Shown piece by piece: positions 48,392 through 60,371 of a DNA stretch of 64,000 bases. The position numbers were made by a program, and so were the translations under genes. Location: positions 1,656-65,655 of the forward strand of contig JANQMR010000039.1 of assembly GCA_028279985.1 (NCBI GenBank). The letters run 5' to 3'. This DNA comes from Woeseiaceae bacterium (lineage in GTDB: Bacteria; Pseudomonadota; Gammaproteobacteria; Steroidobacterales; Woeseiaceae). The stretch's first letter is position 1; each line of letters begins with the position of its first letter. The notes beneath the pieces were generated by a model. The model searched no databases and was not told the origin of the DNA. It worked only from the letters and a program-made list of their open reading frames with translations.

Positions 48392-48691
48392 ATGCCCGCA
48401 AAACGCCTTGGAAGCTTGATTAACCCCTTGAATAACGGGGAGTTGGCGGACATCGTCCGGCGTGCCAGGGACATGGGCGCGCTGGTCGAGGCCCTGGCCC
48501 AATCGCTGCCTCCGGACGAAGCCGGAAGTCTGGTCGCCGCGAACCTTCGCGACGACGGCGAGTTGGTCGTGATCTGCCGTTCCCCGGCCTGGGCGGCCCG
48601 GCTCCGTTACGAAGCGGACACCCTGTTGGACGCCGCCCGGCGACACGGGGCCGTTGCGAACCGGCTTACGATACGCGTCGCACGCCCGTGA
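48392..48691 (+). CDS. DUF721-domain protein (DciA-like family)
   Basis: 99 aa. The C-terminal pattern GELVVICRSPAWAARLRYEADTLLDAAR...LTIRV matches the DUF721 signature as I recall it. The position between secA/M23 and lpxC is conserved in many gammaproteobacteria. Confidence 0.55.
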   Translation: MPAKRLGSLINPLNNGELADIVRRARDMGALVEALAQSLPPDEAGSLVAANLRDDGELVVICRSPAWAARLRYEADTLLDAARRHGAVANRLTIRVARP

Positions 48692-48777
48692 TCCCAAAGT
48701 AAACGGGGCTCGCCCGCGCTATCCGCCGTCTCGGCCGACGCCGGGGAACGGAAATCGGCTGGTACCTCCCCGGCCGA

Positions 48778-49686
48778 TCAGGCGTAAGACGGGGTCGCGT
48801 AGGAGATGGGTGACTTGCGGGAATCCTCGAAGATCGTTTCTTCCCAGGCGGACTCCTGTTCGAGCAGCTCGCGCAAGAGCTTGTTGTTGAGACCGTGCCC
48901 GGACTTGTAGGCGCTGTACTCTCCGATCAGCGTGTGTCCGAGCAAATACATATCGCCGATCGCATCGAGAATCTTGTGGATGACGAACTCGTTCGAGTAG
49001 CGCAGGCCGTCTTCGTTGAGAATCCGGTAGTCGTCGAGAACGATGGCGTTGTCCATGCTGCCGCCCAAAGTCAGGTTGCGCTCGCGCAAGGCCTCGACGT
49101 CGCGAAGAAAACAAAACGTGCGGGCCCGGCTGATCTCTTTCAGGAATGAGGTCGAAGAAAAATCGATACTGGCATTCTGGCTGATCTTGTTGAACACCGG
49201 GTGATTGAAAAACACCTCAAAGTTCACTTTGAAACCGTTGAAAGGCCGAAGCTCCGCCCACTTGTCGCCGTCCTCGACCCGAACCCGCTTCTTGATGCGG
49301 ATAAAACGCTTGGGCGCGTTTTGTTCCTCGATACCGGCGGATTGCAGCAAAAACACGAACGGACCCGCGCTGCCGTCCATGATCGGCACTTCAGCGGCCG
49401 ACAGATCGACGTTGAGATTGTCGATTCCGAGCCCCGCCAAAGCAGACATCAGGTGCTCGACGGTGGCGACTTTGACGCCGTCTTTGATCAGCGTCGTGCC
49501 CAACATGGTTTCGCCGACCAGCTTCGGGTTCGCCGGCACGTCGGCGGGTTCGTCCAGGTCGACGCGGCGGAACACAATACCGGTGTTTTCGGCGGCGGGC
49601 CTCAAGGTCATGTAGACCTTCTCACCGGTGTGCAACCCCACCCCGGTTGCACGAATCGCCGTTCTCAGTGTTCGCTGTTGCAACAT
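48778..49686 (-). CDS. lpxC: UDP-3-O-acyl-N-acetylglucosamine deacetylase
   Basis: The ATG at 49686 gives [31 protein letters not shown], collinear with E. coli LpxC ([21 protein letters not shown]). Confidence 0.95.
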   Translation of the reverse strand: MLQQRTLRTAIRATGVGLHTGEKVYMTLRPAAENTGIVFRRVDLDEPADVPANPKLVGETMLGTTLIKDGVKVATVEHLMSALAGLGIDNLNVDLSAAEVPIMDGSAGPFVFLLQSAGIEEQNAPKRFIRIKKRVRVEDGDKWAELRPFNGFKVNFEVFFNHPVFNKISQNASIDFSSTSFLKEISRARTFCFLRDVEALRERNLTLGGSMDNAIVLDDYRILNEDGLRYSNEFVIHKILDAIGDMYLLGHTLIGEYSAYKSGHGLNNKLLRELLEQESAWEETIFEDSRKSPISYATPSYA

Positions 49687-49997
49687 CGCTACCGCTTTTT
49701 GCTTTTGAAACTCGGCGGCTGCTGCCGATCTGTTGTAGACCCACCACAGCATTGCCGTGAATGTGTCATTTTGATGTCAGCCGAGCGCGCGCAAGCGTAG
49801 CATAGCGTTTTCAAACTTTTCAAGATTTTCAGTGCGTTATGACTTCATGTCAGACACTGCCCGAACACGGGGATCGCAGGACGAAGCAAAATCGCCGACC
49901 CGGGGCGAAAAACCCGGGCCGGCGCGGAGGTTGCGCCCCGACGCTGGTGAGTGCGGTTGCGGCGATGCGTCGGAGCGCCGGCGGGATACGACCCGAT

Positions 49998-50069
49998 CCG
50001 CCTGGCGGTGGATCGACCCGCTAGCGGCGGGCTAATACGCCTGGCGGCGCACTAGTCCGCCTGACGGCG
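49998..50069. repeat. Four palindromic CCGCC-N-GGCGG-type units at about 20-nt spacing spanning the ftsZ stop
   Basis: ccgcctggcgg (49998), ccgctagcgg (50018), cgcctggcg (50038) and cgcctgacggcg (50058). The ftsZ TAG (50052-50054) lies between the last two units, and the last unit encodes the ftsZ C-terminal residues. Confidence 0.75.
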
Positions 50070-51197
50070 AAGGAATGCCGGAATGTCGAGCAGTTCCTCC
50101 TGCAGCCCCATCGGTTCGACGTCGTCACCCACCGCGCGCTTGCGCTGCACGGTCGGTTTGTCCAGCCCGTGATAGTTCGGCTCCACCGGCTGTTGCGCGG
50201 GACGGCGAACGATGCGCATCGGCGACTCCGATTGCGCCGCAGCCTGACCGAGCCCGGTGGCGACCACGGTAACCCGGATCCGGTCGGTCATGTCGGGATC
50301 GATCACGGTGCCGACGACGACCGTCGCATCGTCGGATGCGAACTCCTTGACGGTGTTGCCCACGCCCTGGAACTCGCCGATGGACAGGTCCATTCCGGCC
50401 GTCACGTTGACCAGGATGCCGTTCGCACCGGCCAGGTTGATGTCCTCGAGCAGCGGCGAGGAAACGGCCGCCTCGGCGGCTTCGCGGGCACGATCTTCGC
50501 CCGACGAGGAACCCGAGCCCATCATCGCCATACCCATCTCGGCCATGACGGTCCTGACATCGGCGAAGTCGACGTTGATCAGCCCCGGCCGGGTGATCAG
50601 CTCGGCGATACCCTGCACGGCGCCCTGCAAGACCTGATTGGCCGAACGGAAGGCGTCCAGCAAGGTCGTTTCGCCCCCGAGAACGGTCAGGAGCTTCTCG
50701 TTCGGAATCGTGATCAGCGAATCGACGTACTTGCCGAGCTCCGAGATACCGTGATCGGCGATGGCCATGCGCTTGGCGCCCTCCATCGAAAACGGCTTGG
50801 TCACGACGGCGACGGTCAGGATACCGAGCTCCTTGGCAACCTGCGCCACGACGGGCGTCGCACCCGTGCCGGTGCCGCCGCCCATGCCGGCCGTGATGAA
50901 CAACATGTCCGCGCCTTCGATCACCTCGTGAATCCGGTCACGATCCTCCATCGCCGCCTGCCGGCCGACGTCGGGGTCCGCCCCGGCTCCCAGACCCTTG
51001 GTGATGTTGCAGCCGATTTGCAGCGAGGTTCGGACTCGCGATCCCTTCAAGGCCTGCGCATCGGTATTGGCGCAAATGAAGTCCACGCCTTCGATGCCGG
51101 CTTCCACCATGTGCGCGACGGCGTTGCCGCCGCCGCCGCCGACCCCGATGACCTTGATGACCGCGCTCTGGCTGTGCGCATCCATTAACTCAAACAT
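50052..51197 (-). CDS. ftsZ: Cell division GTPase FtsZ
   Basis: ATG at 51197 ([27 protein letters not shown]) with a GGAGGA RBS. Tubulin signature GGGTGTG. The C-terminal conserved peptide [11 protein letters not shown] is present. Confidence 0.97.
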   Translation of the reverse strand: MFELMDAHSQSAVIKVIGVGGGGGNAVAHMVEAGIEGVDFICANTDAQALKGSRVRTSLQIGCNITKGLGAGADPDVGRQAAMEDRDRIHEVIEGADMLFITAGMGGGTGTGATPVVAQVAKELGILTVAVVTKPFSMEGAKRMAIADHGISELGKYVDSLITIPNEKLLTVLGGETTLLDAFRSANQVLQGAVQGIAELITRPGLINVDFADVRTVMAEMGMAMMGSGSSSGEDRAREAAEAAVSSPLLEDINLAGANGILVNVTAGMDLSIGEFQGVGNTVKEFASDDATVVVGTVIDPDMTDRIRVTVVATGLGQAAAQSESPMRIVRRPAQQPVEPNYHGLDKPTVQRKRAVGDDVEPMGLQEELLDIPAFLRRQAD

Positions 51198-51294
51198 CTG
51201 TGTTTCCTCCGCGTCATGCTCGTTCGGGGCACTCACCCAGCCCCTGCTTCGATCCGGCCGTCTCCTGCCGGTTTTCTTTTGGCGATGTTGCCGC

Positions 51295-51350
51295 CAAACC
51301 CAAGAATCTTTCCTAAACAAGAATTCTTCATAAACAAAAATCTTGCTAAA
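51295..51350. repeat. 16-17-nt x3 AT-rich tandem repeat anchored on the ftsA stop
   Basis: On the minus strand: TTTAGCAAGATTTTTG / TTTATGAAGAATTCTTG / TTTAGGAAAGATTCTTG. The first TAG is the ftsA stop (51346-51348). Confidence 0.75.
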
Positions 51351-52584
51351 ACTGCCCGCTGAACCACGCCTTCATGCGTTCCCAGACCTCACCGATACCG
51401 CCGCCGATCGGAGTCGCCCGGCGTCCGCGGCGCGTAACGTTCTCGTAGCCGTAAAGCAGCAGGCCGACCCCGGTTGCGTGTATCGGATTGCGTATGACCT
51501 CGCGCAAACCCTCGACGTACTGCGGCGCGCCCAGGCGCACCGGCATGTGGAACACCTCCTCGGCAAGCTCCACGGCCCCCTCCATTTTTGCGCTGCCGCC
51601 GGTGATGACGATGCCGGCCGCTATCAGCTCTTCGAATCCGCTTCTTCGGAGCTCTTCGCGAATCAATCCGAAAAGCTCTTCGTAGCGCGGCTCGACGATC
51701 TCCGCGAGCGTCTGCCGCGCCAGCCGGCGCGGCGGCCGTTCGCCGACGCTCGGCACCTCGATGGTCTCGTCGGGGTTTGCAAGCTGCGACAGCGCGCAGG
51801 CGTATTTGATCTTGATGTCCTCGGCATACTGGGTCGGCGTACGCATCGACACGGCGATGTCGTTGGTCACCTGGTCGCCTGCGATCGGTATCACCGCCGT
51901 GTGCTGTATCGCGCCGCCCAGGAAGACAGCCATGTCGGTCGTGCCGCCGCCGATGTCGACGATGCAGGAACCGAGCTCCTTCTCGTCGTCGGTCAGCACC
52001 GAATAACTCGAGGCGAGTTGCTCGAGCACGATGTCGTCGACTTCCAAGCCGCAGCGCTGCACGCATTTGACGATGTTCTGCGCCGCGCTCTCGGCGCCGG
52101 TCACCATGTGCACCTTGGCTTCGAGGCGTACGCCCGACATCCCGACCGGTTCGCGTATGCCTTCCTGATTGTCGATCAGGAATTCCTGCGGCAGGATGTG
52201 CAGGATCTTCTGATCGGCGGGAATCGCGACCGCCCGCGCCGCGTCTATGACCCGGTCGACGTCGCCCGCGGAGACTTCCTTGTCGCGAATCGCGACGATG
52301 CCGTGCGAATTCAAGCTGCGGACGTGGCTGCCGGCGATGCCGGTATACACCGAATGGATGTCGCAGCCGGCCATCAGCTCGGCTTCCTCGACGGCGCGCT
52401 GAATCGAGTGGACGGTGGACTCGATGTTGACCACCACGCCTTTCTTGAGGCCGCGAGACGGGTGCGAGCCGATCCCGACGACCTCGATCCCGCCGCCGTC
52501 GTTGACCTCGCCGACGATCGCCACGACCTTGGACGTGCCGATATCGAGGCCGACGATCAGGTTCTTGTCGCCGCGTTTCGACAT
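51346..52584 (-). CDS. ftsA: Cell division protein FtsA
   Basis: 412 aa with an actin-like fold ([19 protein letters not shown]; [12 protein letters not shown]) and a C-terminal amphipathic helix. Confidence 0.95.
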   Translation of the reverse strand: MSKRGDKNLIVGLDIGTSKVVAIVGEVNDGGGIEVVGIGSHPSRGLKKGVVVNIESTVHSIQRAVEEAELMAGCDIHSVYTGIAGSHVRSLNSHGIVAIRDKEVSAGDVDRVIDAARAVAIPADQKILHILPQEFLIDNQEGIREPVGMSGVRLEAKVHMVTGAESAAQNIVKCVQRCGLEVDDIVLEQLASSYSVLTDDEKELGSCIVDIGGGTTDMAVFLGGAIQHTAVIPIAGDQVTNDIAVSMRTPTQYAEDIKIKYACALSQLANPDETIEVPSVGERPPRRLARQTLAEIVEPRYEELFGLIREELRRSGFEELIAAGIVITGGSAKMEGAVELAEEVFHMPVRLGAPQYVEGLREVIRNPIHATGVGLLLYGYENVTRRGRRATPIGGGIGEVWERMKAWFSGQF

Positions 52585-53421
52585 TCAGTCGGTCCCTCGC
52601 TCGATCCCGCGCGATGCCAGCATTTCCTGCTCCTCGGCTGCCGTACCAAAAACCGGCGCCGGTGCGCCTCCCTTCCAGCCGATGCTGAAACCGTTGCCGT
52701 AACGCATGTCGACGTAGTCGATGTCGGCGGCATGACCGGTGACGATGCTGGCGACGACGTCGAGAAACAGCGCGACACGCGCATTCACGTCGCGACGGCC
52801 GAGCCGCACTTCGACGCCGTTGCCGAGCGTCATCAACCAGGCGCCGCGATCGTCGAGCTCGATGCTTCGGATATCCTGTCCGAGCGGGATCAGATGTTTG
52901 CGCGCCTCGAGATAACGCTCCGCAACCTCGCCCGAGCGATGCGCCGGACCGTTGAGCGTCGGCAACTCGGCAGGCAGGTGCTTGAGATCGGTGACGAACA
53001 GCTCGCCGCGTACGTTCAGCAGTCCGCGCTCGCCCCAGATCGCGGCAGGCGTCTGCTCGCTGACGACGATTTCCAGGCGGCTGGGCCAGCGTCGTGCAAC
53101 GGTCGCCCGATCGACCCAGGCCAGGGCCTGCACCTTCGCCTGAACCCGGCCCAGATCCACGGCCAGAAAACCCGCCGCAAGCTCGTCACTGATCGCCTCC
53201 TCGATCTGCAAAGCCGTCACCCGCTGAAAAGGTCCGCTGATCGAGATCGATTCGATCGGCCGATCGAGCAAGTGGCTGCTGAGCTGGTAGGTCGCGACAA
53301 CCACGGCGACGGCCGCCGGCAGGGCGACGAGACGACCGACGCCAATACCGATACGCGGCAGACTCAGCCGGATGCGGCGCGCCGGCTTGCGCTTGCGACG
53401 CCGTGCCTGTTTACGCGCCAT
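52585..53421 (-). CDS. ftsQ: Cell division protein FtsQ
   Basis: 278 aa with a basic N-terminus, a single TM helix, and POTRA plus FtsQ domains. It lies between ddl and ftsA. Confidence 0.85.
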   Translation of the reverse strand: MARKQARRRKRKPARRIRLSLPRIGIGVGRLVALPAAVAVVVATYQLSSHLLDRPIESISISGPFQRVTALQIEEAISDELAAGFLAVDLGRVQAKVQALAWVDRATVARRWPSRLEIVVSEQTPAAIWGERGLLNVRGELFVTDLKHLPAELPTLNGPAHRSGEVAERYLEARKHLIPLGQDIRSIELDDRGAWLMTLGNGVEVRLGRRDVNARVALFLDVVASIVTGHAADIDYVDMRYGNGFSIGWKGGAPAPVFGTAAEEQEMLASRGIERGTD

Positions 53422-54424
53422 CGGCCACCCCCTTTAACTCCTGGCCGAGACTTTCGACGACGATGTCGCGGTCGAAGCTCGTCTCGAGGATTCGCCAGCA
53501 CAAAGCCTCGAAATCGATACCGGCCCGGCTCGCCGCCATCGGTACCAGGCTGTGACTGGTCATGCCCGGAATCGTGTTGACCTCGAGCACCTGCGGCTTC
53601 CCGTCCGCGGCCGTCATGAAGTCCACGCGCCCCCAGCCGCTGCAACCGAGCTCGCAGAAAGCGGCCGTGGCGAGCTCGGCATAAACGGCTTCGGTCTCCG
53701 CGTCCCCGGTACCCGGACAGTGGTAGCGGGTTCGATCCGATTCGTATTTAGCGCGATAGTCGTAAAAGATCCGGGGCGTCTCGATACGTATGGTCGGCAA
53801 CGCCCGGCCCTGCAGAATGCCGACCGTGAACTCGGCGCCGACGACGCAGCGCTCGACCAGCGCGGGTTCGTCGAAGCCGAGCGCAAGATCGACGGCCTCG
53901 CCGAGCTCGTCGGCGCTGAAAACCTTGGTCATGCCGACGCTCGAACCCTGCCCGATGGGCTTCAATACCAGCGGATAACCGAGCTGATCCGCCGCGCGGA
54001 CCGCCTCGCCGCGGTTCTGGACGACGGCGTAGTCCGGCGTCGGAATGCCCGCGGCCTCGAACACCCGTTTGCTGCGCCACTTGTCCATCGCGAGCGCAGA
54101 CGCCATGACGCCGCTGCCCGTGTACGGCATATCCAGGCACTCGAGCGCCCCCTGGATCGCGCCGCCCTCGCCGCCCGGACCGTGGAGGGCGATCCAGACG
54201 CGATCGAACCCGGCCGCGGCAAACGCCGCAAGCCCGCGCCCGGCCGGGTCCCAGGCGGCGGCGTCGACGCCCCGATTGCGCAGCGCCTGGAGCACGGCAT
54301 TGCCGGTCAAAAGCGATATCTCGCGCTCGGCCGAATCGCCGCCGAGAAAAACCGCGACCCGCCCGAACTCGGCGGGGTCCGACGCCGTCCGACGGTGTTC
54401 GTCGATGTCGCAGGGTCTCCTCAT
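53411..54424 (-). CDS. ddl: D-alanine--D-alanine ligase
   Basis: 337 aa with VAVFLGGDSAEREISL and ATP-grasp motifs. ATGA overlap with the murB stop. Confidence 0.9.
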   Translation of the reverse strand: MRRPCDIDEHRRTASDPAEFGRVAVFLGGDSAEREISLLTGNAVLQALRNRGVDAAAWDPAGRGLAAFAAAGFDRVWIALHGPGGEGGAIQGALECLDMPYTGSGVMASALAMDKWRSKRVFEAAGIPTPDYAVVQNRGEAVRAADQLGYPLVLKPIGQGSSVGMTKVFSADELGEAVDLALGFDEPALVERCVVGAEFTVGILQGRALPTIRIETPRIFYDYRAKYESDRTRYHCPGTGDAETEAVYAELATAAFCELGCSGWGRVDFMTAADGKPQVLEVNTIPGMTSHSLVPMAASRAGIDFEALCWRILETSFDRDIVVESLGQELKGVADGA

Positions 54425-55320
54425 TCCGGCGGCATCCCGACAATACGCACTTCGTGCAAGAGCTCGACGCCGTGGACGTCGCGCACGGTGCGTTGGACGT
54501 GATCGATCAAAGCCTCGATGTCCGCGGCGCTGGCGTCACCGGCATTGATGATGAAATTCGCGTGCTTGGGCGACACTTCGGCGCCGCCGATGCGATGCCC
54601 CTTGAGTCCGGCCGCCTCGATCAGCCGCGCCGCATGGTCGCCGGGCGGGTTCCGAAACACCGAGCCGCAGCTCGGCAGGCCGAGCGGCTGGGTGCGTTTG
54701 CGCCGATCCAGCATGTCCTGCATCGCTTCCATGCTCGGCGTCCAGTCGGAATCGAAACACAGGGTCGCGCCCAGGAACCACTCGTCGGGCGGTCCGACGA
54801 CATGCCGATAGCCAACCGAGTATTCGGCCGGCGCGCGCAGGTGTATCTCGCCGTCGCGGTCGATCGTTTGCACGGACTCGACGCGCTCCCAGGTTTCGCC
54901 GCCATGGGCGCCCGCGTTCATCGCCAACGCGCCGCCGACCGTTCCCGGAATACCGGCGAAGAACTCCGACGGCCCGAGACCCCATCGAATACACTGCCGG
55001 GCGAGTTGGGTGCAGGTCAGGCCCGCGCCCGCCCGAACCCGGAGTCGATCCAGGCGTTCGAGTTCGCGCAGTATCGGCGCCGCGGAAATCACGGCGCCCT
55101 TCAGCCCCCCGTCGCGGACCAGCAGGTTGCTGCCCGCGCCATGCCAGAAAACGTGGGTGTCCTCATCCAGCCCGCGCAGGAAATGCTTGAGGTCTTCCAC
55201 GTCGGCCGGCCGGAAAAAGCTTTCCGCCGGACCGCCGACACGCCAGGAGGTATGCCGGCTCATCGGCTCGCCGGCGCGGAGCTCGCCGTGCACCCGAGCG
55301 GACGAGGCGGCGTTCATCAC
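54421..55320 (-). CDS. murB: UDP-N-acetylenolpyruvoylglucosamine reductase
   Basis: 299 aa with an FAD-binding domain ([11 protein letters not shown]; GAGSNLLV) and a C-terminal MurB domain (SCGSVFRNP). The start (GTG 55320 or ATG 55317) overlaps the murC stop. Confidence 0.9.
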   Translation of the reverse strand: MMNAASSARVHGELRAGEPMSRHTSWRVGGPAESFFRPADVEDLKHFLRGLDEDTHVFWHGAGSNLLVRDGGLKGAVISAAPILRELERLDRLRVRAGAGLTCTQLARQCIRWGLGPSEFFAGIPGTVGGALAMNAGAHGGETWERVESVQTIDRDGEIHLRAPAEYSVGYRHVVGPPDEWFLGATLCFDSDWTPSMEAMQDMLDRRKRTQPLGLPSCGSVFRNPPGDHAARLIEAAGLKGHRIGGAEVSPKHANFIINAGDASAADIEALIDHVQRTVRDVHGVELLHEVRIVGMPPE

Positions 55321-56741
55321 GAGTGCACCTGCAATGAAGGCTTGCCGCTAAGGCACCCGGCAAGACCCGCCGCATAGGCGCCGATGTCGCCGGCGCCCAT
55401 CGTCAGGACCAGATCCCCGTCGCAAAGCAGTCCTTTGAGCACGGACTCGACACCGTCCAGCGATTCGACGAACACCGGCTCCACGCCGCCGCGCGACCTG
55501 ACCGCCCGCGCCAGCGCCCGGCCGTCGGCGCCGGCAATCGGGGCCTCGCCGGCAGCATAAACGTCGAGCAGGATCAAGACGTCAGCCTCGGACAGCACCC
55601 TGGCGAAGTCGTCCATCAGGTCGCGGGTTCGCGTATAGCGGTGCGGTTGGAACACCAGCACGACCCGGCGCGACGGCCAGCCGCTTTTGGCCGCTGCCAG
55701 GGTCGCGGCAAGCTCGGTCGGGTGATGGCCGTAATCGTCGATCAGCAATACCGTTCCGACCGCGGTATCGACCTCGCCCAGATTCTGGAAACGACGATCG
55801 ATACCCTGGAACTGCTCGAGCGCCCGGACGACCGCCGCATCCCCGACCGCGAGCTCCTCCGCCACGGCAATCGCCGCGAGCGCGTTTCGGACATTGTGCA
55901 GCCCCGGCAGACGCAGCTCGATCGCGAGCGCCGGCCGGTCGTCGCCGCGAATCACGTCGAAGCGCGTGACACCCTGGTCGAAGCGTACGTCGACCGCCCG
56001 CACATCGGCGTTTTCGTCCAGGCCGTAACTTCTCACGCTGCGGCCGATCCGGCCGAGTATCTCGCCGACCCCGGGATCGTCGATACAGACCACGGCCAGG
56101 CCGTAAAAAGGCAGGTTGTGCAAGAACTCGACGAAGCCGGACCTGAGTTTTTCGATGTCGCCGTCGTAGGTCGACATGTGGTCGGCGTCGATGTTGGTCA
56201 CTACCGCCAACATCGGCTTCAAGTGCACGAAAGAGGCGTCGCTCTCGTCCGCTTCGGCAACCAGGTATTCCCCCTGGCCGAGACGCGCATTGGCATCGGC
56301 GCTTTTCAGGCGGCCGCCGATGACGAAGGTCGGATCGAGGCCGCCCTCGCCAAGCACGCTGGCGACGAGGCTGGTCGTCGTCGTTTTGCCGTGGGTACCG
56401 GCGACGGCGATCGAGTAGCGAAAGCGCATCAGCTCGGCCAGCATTTCGGCGCGCGGCACGACCGGCATCAGCCGGTCCCGGGCGGCGGCGACCTCGGGAT
56501 TGGTTTCATCGACCGCGCTGGACACGACGACGGCGTCGGCATCGCGGATGTTGTCGGCGGCGTGGCCGATGAATACGGTGGCACCCTGCCGCTCCAGGCG
56601 CCGTGTCTGTTTGTTGGCTTTGAGATCCGAGCCCTGCACGCGATAGCCGAGACTCAGCATCACCTCGGCAATGCCGGACATTCCGGAGCCGCCGATGCCG
56701 ACGAAGTGGACGCAGTGGATCCGGCGCATGCGTTCGATCAT
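55317..56741 (-). CDS. murC: UDP-N-acetylmuramate--L-alanine ligase
   Basis: ATG at 56741 ([27 protein letters not shown]) forms an ATGA overlap with the murG stop. P-loop GTHGKTTT. The long track extension to 57179 was rejected. Confidence 0.95.
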   Translation of the reverse strand: MIERMRRIHCVHFVGIGGSGMSGIAEVMLSLGYRVQGSDLKANKQTRRLERQGATVFIGHAADNIRDADAVVVSSAVDETNPEVAAARDRLMPVVPRAEMLAELMRFRYSIAVAGTHGKTTTTSLVASVLGEGGLDPTFVIGGRLKSADANARLGQGEYLVAEADESDASFVHLKPMLAVVTNIDADHMSTYDGDIEKLRSGFVEFLHNLPFYGLAVVCIDDPGVGEILGRIGRSVRSYGLDENADVRAVDVRFDQGVTRFDVIRGDDRPALAIELRLPGLHNVRNALAAIAVAEELAVGDAAVVRALEQFQGIDRRFQNLGEVDTAVGTVLLIDDYGHHPTELAATLAAAKSGWPSRRVVLVFQPHRYTRTRDLMDDFARVLSEADVLILLDVYAAGEAPIAGADGRALARAVRSRGGVEPVFVESLDGVESVLKGLLCDGDLVLTMGAGDIGAYAAGLAGCLSGKPSLQVHS

Positions 56742-57838
56742 CGAGAGTCTCCCGCTTGCGCCAGACACAGCTCGGTAATCCGCTCGGTAATCCGCGCTAA
56801 CGACTCCGGCCGCGCCAGCTTTCGGGCGATCACGGCGCGATCGCGAAGCGCATCGCGCGATGCGAGATATTCGCCCAGTACGGCGGCAAACGACTCGGCG
56901 CCGAGATCGCGCTCGTCGATGACGCTCGCAGCGCCCGCCTCGGCCATGGGTTTTGCGTTGGCCGTCTGGTGATCGTCCACGGCCGCCGGATAGGGTACGA
57001 ATATCGCCGGCAGGCCGACCGCGCAGAGTTCCGCGACCGTCAGCGCCCCGGCGCGACAAACGACCAGATCGGCCCATGCGTAAGCCTCCGCCATGTCCTC
57101 GATAAAGGGCAGCAGATCGACGTCGATCCCGGCTTCGGCATAAGCGGCGGACGCCGCATCGCGGGTCAGCTCGCCGCACTGGTGGCGGACTAGCGGCCGC
57201 GCGTCCTCCGGCAACAGCGCCAGCGCCGCCGGCACGATGCGATTCAACGCAAGCGCACCCTGGCTGCCGCCTAGGATCAGTAAACGCATCGGACCGTGTC
57301 GCTCGGCGTAACGACGCTCGGGAACGGCCACCGCAGCGATATCGCTGCGCACCGGATTGCCGACCGTTTCGGCATCCGCGACGGTGTTAAAACTGCCCGG
57401 GAAGGCTTGCAGCACAACCCGGGCAAGACGCGCCAGAAGTCGGTTGGTCAAGCCGGCGACCGCGTTTTGCTCGTGTATCAGCAACGGTCGCCGGGTCAGC
57501 CAGGCGGCGACGCCGCCCGGCCCGCTGACGAAGCCGCCCATGCCGAGCACGACGGCCGGACGGCGGCGAAACATGATCCGGAGCGATTCCATCAAGGCCC
57601 ACGACAGCCGGACCGGTGCCAGTAGCATCGCCAGGCCGCCTTTACGGCGCAGGCCGCGGATCGATATCCATTCGATGTCGATACCGGCCGCCGGCACGAC
57701 ACGCGCCTCCAGTCCGCGACGGGTGCCGAGCCACACGACATCCCGCGACCGCGACATCAGCGCGCGCGCCACGGCCAGGGCCGGGTAGACGTGACCGCCG
57801 GTTCCGCCCGCCATGATCATGATCGGACGGCCGCTCAC
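56738..57838 (-). CDS. murG: Undecaprenyldiphospho-muramoylpentapeptide beta-N-acetylglucosaminyltransferase
   Basis: GTG at 57838 ([24 protein letters not shown]) forms a GTGA overlap with the ftsW stop. Contains an in-frame 12-nt x2 duplication at 56770-56793 (ITER-ITEL). Confidence 0.9.
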   Translation of the reverse strand: MSGRPIMIMAGGTGGHVYPALAVARALMSRSRDVVWLGTRRGLEARVVPAAGIDIEWISIRGLRRKGGLAMLLAPVRLSWALMESLRIMFRRRPAVVLGMGGFVSGPGGVAAWLTRRPLLIHEQNAVAGLTNRLLARLARVVLQAFPGSFNTVADAETVGNPVRSDIAAVAVPERRYAERHGPMRLLILGGSQGALALNRIVPAALALLPEDARPLVRHQCGELTRDAASAAYAEAGIDVDLLPFIEDMAEAYAWADLVVCRAGALTVAELCAVGLPAIFVPYPAAVDDHQTANAKPMAEAGAASVIDERDLGAESFAAVLGEYLASRDALRDRAVIARKLARPESLARITERITELCLAQAGDSR

Positions 57839-59019
57839 GAGCGTCTCCTGCGACGCCGATTGACGGGACTGGCATCGACGGTCAGCTCGTGGTGGATGCG
57901 CAGCAGGATCGCTATGGCCATCATCGTCACGATCAGGCTGGACCGGCCGTAACTGACCAGCGGCAGCGTCAGTCCCTTGGTCGGCAGCAAACCCATGTTG
58001 ACCCCGAAGCTGATGAAAGCCTGCAGCGCAAGCCAGGTGCCGATGCCGATCGCGACGTAACTTTCGAAACAACGCTCGGCCGCCGCGGCGCGTTTGCCCA
58101 GATCGAGGATTCGCCACAGGAATGCGAGAAACAGGCCGATCAACAACAGCGAGCCGGCCAGGCCGAACTCCTCGGCGAACACGGCAAACACGAAGTCCGT
58201 ATGCGCCTCGGGCAGGTAGAACAGCTTCTGCACGCTGTTGCCCAGACCGACGCCGAACCATTCGCCCCGGCCGATCGCGATCAGCGACTGCGTCAACTGG
58301 AAACCGGAATCGTAGGGATCGGCCCAGGGATCGAGAAAGGCGGTCAGGCGCTCCATGCGGTACGAGGACGTGAGCGCAAGCGCCGCTGCCGCAAAGACTG
58401 CCGCCGAGAAAAACAACAGGAAATCGCGAATTCTCGCGCCGGCGACGAACAGCATCGTCAGCGCCGTCGCGAGCAGCACGACGGCGGCGCCAAAATCCGG
58501 TTCCGCAAGCAGGGCCGCACAAGCCAGGCTCAAAACCAGCATGGGCTTGAGAAAACCGGTGAAGCGTTCGCGGACATCCTTGCTGCGCCGGACCAAATAT
58601 CCCGATAGGTAGAGAATGAAACACAGCCGCGCAGGCTCAGATACCTGCAGGTTGATGAAGCCGACACGAATCCAGCGACGACCGCCGTTGACCTCGTGAC
58701 CGATACCTGGAATCAGCACCAGCAACAGCAGTACGAGCCCCGCCAGCAACAGCAGCGGTCCGACGCTGCGCCAGAATTGCATCGGCAGGTATAGACACAC
58801 ACATCCGGCAACGCCGCCAATCAGCACCGCCACGAGCTGGCGCTCTAGGTAGAAAAACGGGTTGCCGGTCTCGTCGTCCGAAATCGAGATCGATGCCGAC
58901 GTCAGGATCACGAAACCGCTGAGCATGATGCCCAAAGTCAGGCTCAGCAATACCGGGTCGAGCTTGAGCGGAGTCTTGAGTCTTGCCGGAAACGGCATTG
59001 TCGCGCTTTGTGCGGTCAC
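57835..59019 (-). CDS. ftsW: Peptidoglycan glycosyltransferase FtsW (SEDS family)
   Basis: Ten-TM SEDS protein (...LPEAHTDFVFAVFAEEFG...). The start is either GTG 59019 (GTGA overlap with the murD stop) or ATG 58998. Confidence 0.85.
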   Translation of the reverse strand: MTAQSATMPFPARLKTPLKLDPVLLSLTLGIMLSGFVILTSASISISDDETGNPFFYLERQLVAVLIGGVAGCVCLYLPMQFWRSVGPLLLLAGLVLLLLVLIPGIGHEVNGGRRWIRVGFINLQVSEPARLCFILYLSGYLVRRSKDVRERFTGFLKPMLVLSLACAALLAEPDFGAAVVLLATALTMLFVAGARIRDFLLFFSAAVFAAAALALTSSYRMERLTAFLDPWADPYDSGFQLTQSLIAIGRGEWFGVGLGNSVQKLFYLPEAHTDFVFAVFAEEFGLAGSLLLIGLFLAFLWRILDLGKRAAAAERCFESYVAIGIGTWLALQAFISFGVNMGLLPTKGLTLPLVSYGRSSLIVTMMAIAILLRIHHELTVDASPVNRRRRRRS

Positions 59020-60371
59020 GGTCCGAGCTCCATGACCGCATCGGCGAACGCGTTCCCGCGCGCGGCGTAGTCGTCGAACTGATCCAGGCTCGCGCAAGCC
59101 GGCGCCAGCAGAACCGTGTCGCCCGCCGTCGCATGCGCGCTGGCCTGGCGCACGGCCTCCTGCATGTCACCGGCGAAGACCACCGGCAGCGCCGTATCCA
59201 GCGCCGCGGCAATCGCTGCGGCAATCGCTGCGGCGTCCTTGCCGATCAGCACCGCGGCCCTGAGCTTGCCGTCGAGCGCGTCGGCCAGCGCCGAAAAATC
59301 GCCGCCCTTGCCGTCCCCGCCGGCAATCAGCACGAGCATGCCGTCGATGGATGCGATCGAGGCGACCGCCGCCGCGACGTTGGTCGCCTTGGAGTCGTTC
59401 ACGAACTCGATCTCATCCAGGCGGCGCACGAACTGCATTCGATGCGGCAGGCCCGGAAACTCACACAGGACCTGCAGCGCGTCGGCAGGCGGGACCCCGA
59501 TCAACTCGGCCGCCGCCAGCGCCGCGAGCGCGTTGGCGCGATTGTGCACGCCGACCATCTTCAACTCGTTTGCGGCCAACAACCGTTCTTCGCCGCGGGC
59601 GAGGAACAGCACCTGATCCTCCCGGCGAACGCCGTACTGCCCGTCGGCGGGTTCGTCGAGGCCGAAACCGATCTTGCGCTCGATGTCGCGGACGTGCTCG
59701 CAGGCGACGGCATCGGCTCGATTGAAAACCGCGGCGCCCGCCTCGCGAAAGATCCGGTACTTGCTGCGGCGATACTCCTGCTCGTCGGCGTGCCAGTCGA
59801 GGTGGTCCGGCGAGACGTTGAGCAGCACGGCCACCGCCGCCGGAAGGTGTGCGGTGCGTTGAAGCTGGAAGCTGGACAGCTCCAGCACGTACCAGTCCGG
59901 TACCGGCCCGTCGAGCAGATCGAGCGCCGGCTCGCCGAGATTCCCGCCGGCGCGCGTGTCGATCCCGCCCGCGCGACAGATGTGATGGATCAGCGTCGTC
60001 GCCGTGCTCTTGCCGTTGGTTCCGGTGACGGCAAGGAATGGCGCCCCGGCGTCGCGGGCAAACAGCTCGACGTCCGAAACCACCTCGATACCCGCGTCGC
60101 GGGCGGCAAGCAACAGCGGGTGACTGTCCACGATTCCGGGCGAGGCAATGACGCGCCCGAGGCCGCCCGGCAGCTCGAGCTCGCCCAGCGCGACTTCGGC
60201 GTCGGGCCAGATCTTCTCGAGCGCTTCGATCCCCGGCGGTTCCGTCCGGGTGTCGAAGAACAGCGCCTCGCCGCCGCGGCGCTTGAGGTACCGGGCGATC
60301 GACAGGCCCGTCGCGCCCAATCCGACCACCAGGTCCGGGACGGTCGCGCTCGTCCGCTTCGAGACGCTCAT
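59016..60371 (-). CDS. murD: UDP-N-acetylmuramoylalanine--D-glutamate ligase
   Basis: ATG at 60371 (ATGA overlap with the mraY stop). The N-terminus carries [10 protein letters not shown], followed by the P-loop GTNGKST. Confidence 0.9.
   Translation of the reverse strand: MSVSKRTSATVPDLVVGLGATGLSIARYLKRRGGEALFFDTRTEPPGIEALEKIWPDAEVALGELELPGGLGRVIASPGIVDSHPLLLAARDAGIEVVSDVELFARDAGAPFLAVTGTNGKSTATTLIHHICRAGGIDTRAGGNLGEPALDLLDGPVPDWYVLELSSFQLQRTAHLPAAVAVLLNVSPDHLDWHADEQEYRRSKYRIFREAGAAVFNRADAVACEHVRDIERKIGFGLDEPADGQYGVRREDQVLFLARGEERLLAANELKMVGVHNRANALAALAAAELIGVPPADALQVLCEFPGLPHRMQFVRRLDEIEFVNDSKATNVAAAVASIASIDGMLVLIAGGDGKGGDFSALADALDGKLRAAVLIGKDAAAIAAAIAAALDTALPVVFAGDMQEAVRQASAHATAGDTVLLAPACASLDQFDDYAARGNAFADAVMELGP

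Noticed and set aside
49832-50035. Two overlapping ORFs of about 60-67 aa in the ftsZ-lpxC spacer.
   Set aside because: Their products are Arg/Gly/Pro-rich, they have no RBS, and they lie on the strand opposite both neighbours over the palindromic repeat region. This is more likely untranslated regulatory DNA.
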